The position numbers and the translations under genes were made by a program. A DNA stretch of 35,872 nt, taken from positions 1 through 35,872 of the IMG/VR virus record IMGVR_UViG_3300024283_000074; one strand, given 5' to 3'. The stretch is from a virus (taxonomy: Duplodnaviria; Caudoviricetes). This document shows, in pieces, positions 1 through 8,156 of the stretch. Every line of letters starts with the position of its first letter. Position 1 is the stretch's first letter. The notes under the pieces are model-generated. The model did no database searches. It worked only from the letters and a program-made list of their open reading frames with translations, and was not told where the DNA came from.

Positions 1-52
1 TCTCTCACGCCTCTTGTCTGGAACCAATAGTACGAACGGCTAAACTTTAGTA

Positions 53-712
53 CTATCCTGCGGTGGTACTAATCGTTTGGCTGTTGAGTTCGCGGCCAGA
101 CGGTTTGAGTTTTATCTCCCAACATCCTGTCATATACGCGCGTATTCTCGGGGTTGGATTTAATAGCATACCATCTACCATCGAAAAAGAATGCCCGCCG
201 CCTGAGATATAAAACCTGCCTTTCTTCGGCATGTCTTTTAAGAATTCTGCTATTGTTGTGGCTTTGCGCGGAAACGATCTGTAGAAATTTCCGTGTTTAC
301 CGCGAACTAATACGGGCTTCTTTCTTTTCTCGTAACGCGGCGGAAGAACGTACTCTTTTCCCCGCTTGAGTCTGACACTGAGAATTCTACCAGATTTAGC
401 AAGACCTTTTAGCATACGATGTATATCGATGCAAAACATTCCTGTTCTAGGTTTTCGCCCCGCCGCTTCACAGATAGCATGTGCTTCCGCATACGATGAA
501 TTTAAAACGTGAGCCAGAGCGAGGACTGTGCAATCGTCAGTTTCAAAAGGGTGAGAAACAGCTTGACTCTCGTATAGTTTTTCCATTTGTCTATCCGAGT
601 CGTTGCGTTCTTGCCCGCAGATGTTACAAATACCCTCCAAACAGTGATATGGGCATCGTTGTTTACTCGGGATTATCAGCAATTTCACTTCGCGGGCTCC
701 AAGTCTATCCAC
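53..712 (-). CDS. hypothetical phage protein
   Basis: 219-aa ORF with a DCTVLALAHVL..SYAEAH motif typical of phage hypotheticals; true start may be the Met at 586. Confidence 0.6.
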   Translation of the reverse strand: MDRLGAREVKLLIIPSKQRCPYHCLEGICNICGQERNDSDRQMEKLYESQAVSHPFETDDCTVLALAHVLNSSYAEAHAICEAAGRKPRTGMFCIDIHRMLKGLAKSGRILSVRLKRGKEYVLPPRYEKRKKPVLVRGKHGNFYRSFPRKATTIAEFLKDMPKKGRFYISGGGHSFSMVDGMLLNPTPRIRAYMTGCWEIKLKPSGRELNSQTISTTAG

Positions 713-960
713 TCAATAGGTTCAGACATATGAACCGTTCTCGGATCGATTGTTACGCCCGAGCCTGTGAAATAAAATCTAGAATCGCGCTCCAAGAGAA
801 AACAAAATCCTACCCATTTATCCAACGGTGCATCTGGGAGGAGAATGTCTTTAACCGTTTGCATAGGCAATTCCCGATTAGGTAGCGATTCGAGCAAGAT
901 AGTAATTGGTTTGAGGATGCGCTTGATTACTTCGTCTTGTTGTTTGTCTTGTACACTCAT
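685..960 (-). CDS. hypothetical protein
   Basis: ORF starting MSVQDKQQ; its ATG overlaps the TGA of the upstream 957..1451 gene (ATGA coupling). Confidence 0.55.
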   Translation of the reverse strand: MSVQDKQQDEVIKRILKPITILLESLPNRELPMQTVKDILLPDAPLDKWVGFCFLLERDSRFYFTGSGVTIDPRTVHMSEPIEWIDLEPAK

Positions 961-1451
961 GCTTTTCCTCCCGCCAGATGAATTATCTTTGGATCGCCTG
1001 CTTTGCCTGTGCCAGTGAACGCGAACAAAGGGCTCGACTGAATCTCTGCCCATGCTTCCTTATGCCGATTGGCATTTAGCACACGTTGCGCCACGCGCAC
1101 GGTTGTGCTTCCGCCGTGTCGTTCCAATAGCGCTATCACTTTATCCACGGTTATTCCGTCTGACCGTCGTACGGGCTCTGTGGGCCGTAGCGGTTGTTCC
1201 GAGTGCTGATCCCTCGGAAACGATACATGCCCGCAAAGGGGACAGACGTTGTACGGCCAAGTACCACTGAGAACTATCTTGAATGGCATGCCGCGAGTGC
1301 CAAGCCCTGTTTGATGGACAAAGCCAGCCGTGAGCAGTTCGCTTAGCGCCGCGCTGTACTCATCACGGTTGCGGAATGATGCGAGCAAACGCGACTTATA
1401 AATGGGTGCTTCGACTTGCAAAATACGAATCAATCTTTCTTTTGGTGTCAT
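957..1451 (-). CDS. hypothetical protein, possibly DNA-binding (two repeated units, CxxC)
   Basis: 164 aa; internal repeat TGLGTRGMPFKIVL / TGTGKAGDPKIIHL; CPLC motif. Confidence 0.6.
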   Translation of the reverse strand: MTPKERLIRILQVEAPIYKSRLLASFRNRDEYSAALSELLTAGFVHQTGLGTRGMPFKIVLSGTWPYNVCPLCGHVSFPRDQHSEQPLRPTEPVRRSDGITVDKVIALLERHGGSTTVRVAQRVLNANRHKEAWAEIQSSPLFAFTGTGKAGDPKIIHLAGGKA

Positions 1452-1564
1452 ATTGGATTATCCTCCAACCGAGAAGCCTATCACAAGTTCGAAGGCTTGT
1501 CAACAATTATTTGTCATCATGCAAGCATTTCTCGGTTTTGGTGACAGAATGGATCGAAGCACGA

Positions 1565-2866
1565 CTGATTATAAAGAGGTTATTGGCTCGATTCTGTCGC
1601 CACGATTCCCTTTCCTGAAAGACGAGAGACCTGATGACACTCAGGTAAAAATAGGGGTAAAACAAGGAGAAAAACATCAAAAGAGGTAATCTATTACTAT
1701 CTTCTATTTTTCTTCGCCTAGTTGTCCGAGTATATAGAGATTACGCACATTGTGAATCGAACGTAAAATTTCAAGTGTGTCATCAGGTCTCGCGTGTGTC
1801 AGGAAACAGCAAAAAGGCTGGCGGAATCGTGGTGTCACCAAAAAACGCACGTTGAAAACACGAGGCTTGCAAAACGTTAGTTAACATAACTCAAAATCGA
1901 GTCGAGTTACGGGCACATGATGACACGATATTTTATGACACGAAAACAAGTGTGTAAAATCTGGTTGTGCCAATTCGTTGGTGACAGCATTGGTGACACA
2001 ATTTTGAGGATCGTTTCGAAATTCGCGAATAGCGAAGATGGGGCGAAACAACACTACAGTCGTTGAGCACGATACAGAGACAGGTTGTAGTGAGCACAAC
2101 GTCTGTAGCTTTGCGGAGCCCGAGCGAAGCGTGCCGCGGCATCAGCGCGCGGACGGAAAGGACGCTGTAACGCGATCAGAGCATCGGTCATGACAGTTCT
2201 TTCAGTCATTTCTGTCACGACAGAACAAACTGTAACAACAAAACTCACAGTGTGAACTTACTTAACAGTGTTAAGCTCTGCAATCGATTGACAACAAAGC
2301 ACTTATAGATGACCATTAGTCACCAATGAACAAAGGTCACTCAATCAGGCGCGCTCTGAGCAACCGTTCACTTAACCTAAACGTCAACATTCATTTTCGC
2401 TTTTTCTTCGTATAATCGAATCCGTAAGGAATATACTGTTCTTTACGGATTGGCGAAAGCTCGATAAACCTTTTACAATCAATGGTTTGCAAGGAAAAGC
2501 TGCAACGATTTGGGTTTGCAACGATCCGGCGCGCGCGGTCCGCAAAGAACGCAATCGGCGAAATGCAAAAGGGCAAACATTGAAAACAAAGGACTTAATA
2601 CAATGGTAACGCAATTGCAAGGGGGTGGCGGGTGGGGCAAAGTTTCGACCCGGCGGCAGTGCTGGGTGCACACCGCCCCATACGGCTCGACGGTCCCGAC
2701 GACGTTAACGTGGTGTACCGTCAACAACTTACAGACGTTACGTGTAACAACAAGTACCCCCACCACCCATCCAAAAATATGACCCCGGGGTACTCCGCCA
2801 TGCGCACCAACCCCTAGCCCCACCTTCTTGTACTCGACGTCCATGTGGTTGAGATTAAAGACTTTA
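1565..2866 (+). repeat. degenerate ~18-bp direct repeats in the non-coding strand-switch region
   Basis: ctgattataaagaggtta (1565), ttgaaaacacgaggcttg (1852), ttgacaacaaagcactta (2288), ttgaaaacaaaggactta (2580), ttgagattaaagacttta (2849). Confidence 0.45.
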
Positions 2867-3077
2867 CGTCCGTTACAATAACGCTTTGAATGAAGTTAAA
2901 AATATTGGTGCCCCGCTTCCTTCGTTCCAAGGGAAGGCTGTAGTCTTCGTTTCGCTCTGCAGTAACTCCTCGCTCGCAGCATCGGCCAAGCCGCCCACCG
3001 ATTGGCAGAACACAGAGCGCGAGACATAAATCAGTTGTACGAGGCTGTGCTATCAGATAGAGCCTAAGTGAGGCGAT

Positions 3078-3269
3078 GTGCAAAACGTACAAGGTCGAAT
3101 CTTCCGCGACGTCGGCGATCCCTCGGACATGAGATTCTTCACGCACGAAGAATGCGTCGAACTGATACGTCGGGCAGATGAGTTAAAGCTAGAGGGTATT
3201 TGGGCCCAGTACTTCGACAGGCAAACACTCTATTCTATCGACAAACTTTTTAACGGACCTGTGAACTAA
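3078..3269 (+). CDS. hypothetical protein
   Basis: 63-aa ORF, GAGG upstream, first of a tightly packed + strand run. Confidence 0.45.
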   Translation: MQNVQGRIFRDVGDPSDMRFFTHEECVELIRRADELKLEGIWAQYFDRQTLYSIDKLFNGPVN

Positions 3270-3283
3270 GGTCAGGAGATTCG

Positions 3284-3556
3284 ATGTCCTCAACGATTAA
3301 CGGTTCCGCAGGCGCGGCAAACAACGGAGCGATAGTCTCCGCGATAATTTTAACCAACGGTCGCCCGAACGGTATTCAAACGAGCGATGTGGTAGCTAGC
3401 GGTAACTTCTCTTTGAAGGGTCTTCCCGCAGGAACGTACCAAGTCAAGATCGTGTTGAACAACGGAACTGTGGGGGACGAAACTGGAGCCGATGTTTCAA
3501 ACGTTCTGAATAACCCGATTGTGATTGCAGACGGAAGCACAACGTACAGCATTTAG
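3284..3556 (+). CDS. hypothetical protein (small beta-rich, carboxypeptidase-regulatory-like segment)
   Basis: AGGAG SD; GNFSLKGLPAGTYQVKI motif. Confidence 0.65.
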   Translation: MSSTINGSAGAANNGAIVSAIILTNGRPNGIQTSDVVASGNFSLKGLPAGTYQVKIVLNNGTVGDETGADVSNVLNNPIVIADGSTTYSI

Positions 3557-3573
3557 TTTTACGAGGTAAGTCA

Positions 3574-3729
3574 ATGGACAATCTGGTTTGGGCAGAACAA
3601 GAGATTCGCGATTTGAAAGAACGCGTTGAGAACTTAGAGCGCGCGGTAAGATACGCCGCCCCTGAAAGCGACGAAATCACCGAACGTATCTTAGAAGAAT
3701 TTGAAGTACGAAAGCATCGACGTAAATGA
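3574..3729 (+). CDS. small coiled-coil hypothetical protein (51 aa, not in ORF track)
   Basis: GAGGT SD; MDNLVWAEQEIRDLKERVENLERAV...; ATGA overlap with next gene. Confidence 0.6.
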   Translation: MDNLVWAEQEIRDLKERVENLERAVRYAAPESDEITERILEEFEVRKHRRK

Positions 3730-3917
3730 GCAAGAAGAACATCGTTAATAAGAAAGAGAACGGAAAGAAAGTCGAACTGACTTTCGAAGTATCCGACGGC
3801 AGCCACATGACGTACGAATACAGTGGTTCGAGCGCAAGAGCGATCCGTCGTGGCACCGACCCGGCAAACCTGTCCGGCGGCAAGTTGATTCTTTGGGAAA
3901 AGAAAAAGAAGGATTGA
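3726..3917 (+). CDS. hypothetical protein
   Basis: 63-aa ORF coupled to neighbours. Confidence 0.55.
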   Translation: MSKKNIVNKKENGKKVELTFEVSDGSHMTYEYSGSSARAIRRGTDPANLSGGKLILWEKKKKD

Positions 3918-3925
3918 GGAACACT

Positions 3926-4222
3926 ATGGCATATGCCGATGAAAGAAAAAAGAAAATCGAATCCACCGGCGTAGAGGGTGTCAAATCCGCTGGCAAGAGT
4001 AACGCTGAAGATTCGACTTTGCGCAAAGGTAATCTTCCAAAGAGCGAAGCCGTAAGAACTGTCGACGTCAACCAAAACAAGAACGCCGCACAAGAAGCTG
4101 CTTTGAAGCAAAACATTTCCTTGACGTCCGACGGGACTAAAATCCTCAACGTCATCCCGAATTCTGGCAAGGCGGTCTTGACGCATGATAAGGGTGGCGA
4201 GGACGCGACAGGACACGAGTAA
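3926..4222 (+). CDS. hypothetical protein
   Basis: GAGGA SD before ATG at 3926 (MAYADERKKK); TAATG overlap with next gene. Confidence 0.6.
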   Translation: MAYADERKKKIESTGVEGVKSAGKSNAEDSTLRKGNLPKSEAVRTVDVNQNKNAAQEAALKQNISLTSDGTKILNVIPNSGKAVLTHDKGGEDATGHE

Positions 4223-4422
4223 TGTCTTGGATGAGCGTCGACGCAGCTTCATTTTCCAACAAGGTGAAGACAGCCGTCAACACCGATACCATCGCTCGAA
4301 TCAAGTCTAGAAATGGTGGCGGCTCAACGTTGGTATTTACGAACGGGACAGAGTTAGATGTCCGCGATGATTACGAAGAACTGGTTCACGTTCTATTAAC
4401 GGCAGCCGAGAAAAGCAAATGA
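4222..4422 (+). CDS. hypothetical protein
   Basis: 66-aa ORF, translationally coupled on both sides. Confidence 0.6.
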   Translation: MSWMSVDAASFSNKVKTAVNTDTIARIKSRNGGGSTLVFTNGTELDVRDDYEELVHVLLTAAEKSK

Positions 4423-4619
4423 CTTATGAAATTACAAACGTCGACTTGATTATCAACCAAGGCGGGCATGCAAAGCCCGGGTTGGGATCGCAACGCCATC
4501 TCCCAATCTTCAAAACTGAGGATGGAGAAGAGTGGGTCAGTTTGAACGGACAGACACTCACAAAGGTTTCGAATTTGGATTTAAGCAATAGCAGGCGAGA
4601 GAAAGTCACAAGGGGATAA
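4419..4619 (+). CDS. hypothetical protein
   Basis: 66-aa ORF, ATGA overlap. Confidence 0.55.
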   Translation: MTYEITNVDLIINQGGHAKPGLGSQRHLPIFKTEDGEEWVSLNGQTLTKVSNLDLSNSRREKVTRG

Positions 4620-4623
4620 AACA

Positions 4624-4761
4624 ATGTTCACCACAATCATGGTTGTAATCTTTTTCGCACTCGGGTTCGGCGCGGGCCGTATTCACAACGTCAAGAACTT
4701 TGAAGCGCGCGTTGCCGAGGAAGTCGCAAAGGGTTTCGATAAGGTAAAAACCAAGCTCTAA
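4624..4761 (+). CDS. small membrane protein (45 aa, not in ORF track)
   Basis: AGGGG SD; MFTTIMVVIFFALGFGAG hydrophobic N-terminus. Confidence 0.55.
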   Translation: MFTTIMVVIFFALGFGAGRIHNVKNFEARVAEEVAKGFDKVKTKL

Positions 4762-4779
4762 AGTATTTTAAAATAAAGC

Positions 4780-4808
4780 TTGACAAATTTTCGATTTTGT
4801 GCAAGAAT
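4780..4808 (+). promoter_or_regulatory. sigma70-type promoter upstream of the RNA-gene array
   Basis: TTGACA-17 bp-AAGAAT with TG extension and AT-rich upstream tract. Confidence 0.55.
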
Positions 4809-4944
4809 GATTTCGAACTTAAAGGAAGAGGCTAGAGTATCCGAATGTTAGAGGGGCGTCACGTCGGATAAGGTACGCCTCGTCAGTCCGTCTGTGCTTG
4901 CACTTGTGGCTGATAACTATACAAGCCCCTCCTAGAATTTCAAT

Positions 4945-5021
4945 GGTGCTTGGACGCAGATAGCGAGCGCGTCGGCTGTGAACCGATTGTCTAGTGGGCG
5001 CAATACCCATCTAGCACCCCA
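4945..5021 (+). tRNA. tRNA-His(GTG)
   Basis: G-1, anticodon arm gtcgg-ctGTGaa-ccgat, C73, encoded CCA; atypical T-loop cgcaata. Confidence 0.8.
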
Positions 5022-5031
5022 AATTTAGTGC

Positions 5032-5060
5032 TTGACAAAAGTTCGAAAGTGTAGTAAGGT
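5032..5060 (+). promoter_or_regulatory. sigma70-type promoter
   Basis: TTGACA-17 bp-TAAGGT. Confidence 0.55.
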
Positions 5061-5354
5061 GGTTTCACTTAGGCGGTACTAAAAAGTTTTGGATGACGTT
5101 CTTGGCAACAAGACGTTCGACTGAGGGGCTAACGCAAGGATGTAGGTCTATCGCCACCCGTCCAAATAAGTTTTCCGGATACACCCTAGTGGGAAACCGG
5201 CGTGGGTCACCACGATAGCGACCAAAGTTTGAGTTAGGCGCGGTAAGCCGGGGATGCCCGGTTTGGGAGACATCCCTTAATACCCCGCCTTTAAATTTGA
5301 GTTGGGTAGTACAGAGGAGTGGAAAGGGCACTGGAAACGTCCTAGAGTTTCAGT

Positions 5355-5443
5355 CGAGGTGTAGGTCCGTAACTTGGTAGCGGTCTGGTTTTGGAAACCA
5401 GTGCGGCAACGCCTTGGAGGTTCAAATCCTTCCATCTCGACCA
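5355..5443 (+). tRNA. tRNA-Pro(TGG) with long variable arm
   Basis: acceptor cgaggtg/catctcg, A73-CCA, ctggt-ttTGGaa-accag, variable stem gcg-gcaa-cgc. Confidence 0.85.
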
Positions 5444-5484
5444 TTTTATAATTTGAGCACGTTCCGCCTAATTAACGGAACTCG

Positions 5485-5529
5485 GGTTGGGGATGCCTCT
5501 AACATCCCCAGCCGCTCTTTAGAGGAGAG
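5485..5529 (+). promoter_or_regulatory. kissing-loop leader 1 (SD-sequestering)
   Basis: hairpin loops cctctaa (5496) and ttagagg (5519) are reverse complements; ATG at 5532. Confidence 0.8.
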
Positions 5530-5531
5530 AC

Positions 5532-6185
5532 ATGTTACCCGTAGGATACAAGTTCAAAGTTGTGAGCGAAGCTAAACTGGCGCAAGCAAGAATAGCCGCT
5601 GATTTAGGAAGAGTAGCTAACACTGTTCTTTCTCTTGAGAGACGTAGAAAATATAACGAGTCTCCGAACTATTGTAAAGAATGTAAAGCGCCTATTTTGG
5701 TTCACGCAGGCGCCACAGGTAGTCAATTTGCTTGGATAAAAAAGAAAAAATTTTGTGGTCATTCTTGTGGTGCTAAGTATCAGAATCGTGTTTTAGGTTA
5801 TCCGCACCGAGTGCCTAAAATACGAGTTTGTACGTCTTGTGGTGTGAAGTACACGAGTCCGTATAAACGAACAGTTCGTTGTTCCGATTGTAGGCATCTG
5901 CCGATAGTTTCTATTCTTTCGTCAAGAAAGAAATCGGAATGCAGAATACAAGAAGTAAGATTACACGCTAGAAAAGAACTATTTAAGGCATCAGATCGTA
6001 AGTGTAAGGTTTGTGGTTATAGCATACGCGTTGATTGCTGTCACATAAAACCGATAAAAGAGTTTCCGAGCAACGCTTTATTATCTGAGATTAACGCACA
6101 AAGCAATCTTGTGGCTCTGTGTCCTAATCATCACGTTGAATTAGATTTAGGAATTTTGATTTTAGATCGGGTTGTAGTTCCGTAA
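5532..6185 (+). CDS. HNH endonuclease with N-terminal zinc-binding modules
   Basis: multiple CxxC; CKVCG..CCHIKP...NLVALCPNHH HNH motif. Confidence 0.85.
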   Translation: MLPVGYKFKVVSEAKLAQARIAADLGRVANTVLSLERRRKYNESPNYCKECKAPILVHAGATGSQFAWIKKKKFCGHSCGAKYQNRVLGYPHRVPKIRVCTSCGVKYTSPYKRTVRCSDCRHLPIVSILSSRKKSECRIQEVRLHARKELFKASDRKCKVCGYSIRVDCCHIKPIKEFPSNALLSEINAQSNLVALCPNHHVELDLGILILDRVVVP

Positions 6186-6255
6186 TCTGGCAGCGGTCTC
6201 GGTTCGGAACCGAGTGTCTACGACCTTCGAGGTTCGAATCCTCGCAGCCCGACCA
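6168..6255 (+). tRNA. tRNA-Pro(CGG) with long variable arm
   Basis: cgggttg/cagcccg, ctcgg-ttCGGaa-ccgag, GTTCGAATC T-arm, CCA. Confidence 0.85.
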
Positions 6256-6272
6256 AGTTTTCTGCCCGTCGC

Positions 6273-6345
6273 TGGAGTGTAGGCAAGCTGGTAATCCGCT
6301 GCACTGTTAATGCAGACATCGCAGGTTCGACTCCTGCCGCTCCAG
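6273..6345 (+). tRNA. tRNA-Asn(GTT)
   Basis: ctgca-ctGTTaa-tgcag; canonical T-arm; G73; CCA not encoded. Confidence 0.85.
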
Positions 6346-6368
6346 CGATTGGCAGAAAGATTTTCAAC

Positions 6369-6443
6369 AGAGATAGGGTCAGTTGGTAACGACGCGCCCT
6401 TGTCACGGGCGAAGTGCCAGTTCGATTCTGGTTATCTCTGCCA
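6369..6443 (+). tRNA. tRNA-Asp(GTC)
   Basis: agagata/tatctct, cgccc-ttGTCac-gggcg, G73-CCA. Confidence 0.85.
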
Positions 6444-6692
6444 AGATATTCCACGGGAGTTTTCTCGGGCTGTTTCGACGGTTCGAGAAAAATCCTACAC
6501 CGAGGCGTGAAGCCACCGTGGAAGAGATGTTGTACAACAAGAGCCTCAACAATCTCGGGTCGCTCCCAATGATTGGCGTCGTCGACTGGTAAGGCGCATA
6601 CGGCTCCGGCGATAAAAGATCGCCCCAGCACCTTATTCCGCCTACGCGCGGTGGCCGGGGTGCGCTGATTAAATACCGGCCCGGATTTCTAT

Positions 6693-6777
6693 TCCCGAGT
6701 GGAGGAATGCATACTTACCGAGTTTAGACCTCGGCGCTCGAAAGAGATTGTGGGTCCAAGTCCCACCTCGGGAACCA
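6693..6777 (+). tRNA. tRNA-Leu(TAG)
   Basis: ccgag-ttTAGac-ctcgg, long variable arm, A73-CCA. Confidence 0.85.
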
Positions 6778-6792
6778 AATTTTGGAGGAAGC

Positions 6793-6912
6793 ATGAAGTA
6801 CCTAAGCTTTCCAGTAAAGTTAATCCCAGTCGTTTTGATTGGAGCGGTTGCAGTGCTCATCGGCGTGCGATGGGAAGATATTCGAGAGCAAGCAACGTAC
6901 TTTTTATTTTAA
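6793..6912 (+). CDS. small membrane protein (39 aa, not in ORF track)
   Basis: GGAGG SD; MKYLSFPVKLIPVVLIGAVAVLIGVRW... Confidence 0.55.
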   Translation: MKYLSFPVKLIPVVLIGAVAVLIGVRWEDIREQATYFLF

Positions 6913-6918
6913 GAATTT

Positions 6919-6993
6919 GGTTCTATCGTCTAAAAGGATAGGATGGTGCCTTCTAAGCACCGAATCTCGGTTCGATTCCGAGTGGAACCCCCA
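6919..6993 (+). tRNA. tRNA-Arg(TCT)
   Basis: ggtgc-ctTCTaa-gcacc, canonical T-arm, CCA. Confidence 0.9.
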
Positions 6994-7072
6994 ATATTGC
7001 TGGCGTAGGCGCGCTCCTCTAGACCTCATGAATCGAAGGGGCCAGCAACCAATTTAATTTTGTACGTACATC

Positions 7073-7119
7073 GGTTGGGAGTGCCGCAATCACTCCCACC
7101 CACTCTATTGCGGAGGGTG
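7073..7119 (+). promoter_or_regulatory. kissing-loop leader 2
   Basis: loops ccgcaat (7084) / attgcgg (7107); ATG at 7122. Confidence 0.8.
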
Positions 7120-7121
7120 AA

Positions 7122-7580
7122 ATGGTTTGTCGAAAGTGTGGTAAAGAAGGCGAGTTTCATAAACGCCCAAACGGGAAGTTTTATTATCACTGTAAAAAGT
7201 GTCAAAACGCTTATGTTCGTTCGCACTATAATGCAAACAAGAAGCAATATTTAGACAGGAACAAAAGATACAAAAAGGATTCACAAACTCGTTTGGTTCA
7301 ATACCTGAGAGAGCATCCTTGTGTTGATTGTGGTGAGAGTGACCCGGTAGTCTTGGATTTCGACCACGTGATAGGTAAGAAGAGAACAGAAGTCAGCGTG
7401 ATGGCAAGGTCTTCTTATCAGTGGCATATCATACTAAAAGAAATTGCCAAGTGCGTTATTCGGTGCGCTAATTGTCACCGCCGTAAGACCTACGGGCACA
7501 TGAAAAAGTATCAAAGGGCTGTTGGTCCAGCAGATAAGACGGCGGTCTACGAAACCGCAAACCACGGCGCACATCCGTGA
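7122..7580 (+). CDS. HNH endonuclease
   Basis: CVDCGESDPVVLDFDHV...EIAKCVIRCANCHR motif; N-terminal CxxC pair. Confidence 0.85.
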   Translation: MVCRKCGKEGEFHKRPNGKFYYHCKKCQNAYVRSHYNANKKQYLDRNKRYKKDSQTRLVQYLREHPCVDCGESDPVVLDFDHVIGKKRTEVSVMARSSYQWHIILKEIAKCVIRCANCHRRKTYGHMKKYQRAVGPADKTAVYETANHGAHP

Positions 7581-7590
7581 CGGCCTTCCA
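7516..7590 (+). tRNA. tRNA-Arg(ACG)
   Basis: gcggt-ctACGaa-accgc, CCA; atypical T-loop cgcacat; overlaps the HNH 3' end. Confidence 0.75.
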
Positions 7591-7597
7591 AAATTTT

Positions 7598-7674
7598 GAC
7601 CCCGTGGCGCAAATGGATAGCGCAGCCGTTTCCTAAACGGCGGGTTGTGTGTTCGAATCACACCGAGGTCACCA
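7598..7674 (+). tRNA. tRNA-Arg(CCT)
   Basis: gccgt-ttCCTaa-acggc, canonical D/T arms, CCA. Confidence 0.9.
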
Positions 7675-7754
7675 AGTTTCCCCGAGGGGTGGGACACGTC
7701 CCCGAAGGCTATGAGGCACACGTTTGTTCCGTGCTGAGGGTGAATAAATTTAAT

Positions 7755-7838
7755 CCGCTGCTGGCTGGAATTGGCAGACGCGTTCGGCTCAAACCCGAAT
7801 CCGAAAGGGTGTAGGTTCGAATCCTACGCGGCGGACCA
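7755..7838 (+). tRNA. tRNA-Leu(CAA)
   Basis: ttcgg-ctCAAac-ccgaa, variable arm, A73-CCA. Confidence 0.9.
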
Positions 7839-7988
7839 AGTTTGATGCGGCCCGCAAGGGCTACATGGTCTGTCTTAGCAGGCCGCGCTGATTGCCACCG
7901 CTGGCTCAGAACTTAAACGTACAACTAAGAATTGAGCGTTTGTTACTGATAGTAAGTTGCGACGAGGGTGGACGCATCAAAATATTTC

Positions 7989-8062
7989 GCACGAGTCGGC
8001 AAACGGTAAGCTAGGTGTCTGCAAAACATCAACCGCTGGTTCGACTCCAGCCTCGTGCTCCA
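7989..8062 (+). tRNA. tRNA-Cys(GCA)
   Basis: ggtgt-ctGCAaa-acatc, U73-CCA. Confidence 0.9.
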
Positions 8063-8156
8063 AGTTCGTGAAAGTGGCAAAGAACCCCCGAAGGGCGTCC
8101 GACGATTCAATTAGAGAATCGCAACGGAATTTAAAAGCGCCCGACACGAAGAAGTT

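Noticed and set aside
2621-2637. G-quadruplex at gggggtggcgggtgggg
   Set aside because: Only three runs of three or more G; no independent support
1565-2866. Repeats as a CRISPR array
   Set aside because: Too degenerate and irregularly spaced (about 270-440 bp apart); no cas genes
1600-3070. Short ORFs on both strands in the strand-switch region
   Set aside because: Mutually overlapping, no convincing SD, unprotein-like composition
5444-6167. HNH genes in the tRNA array as intron-encoded ORFs
   Set aside because: Flanking tRNAs are intact and no group I core elements surround the ORFs
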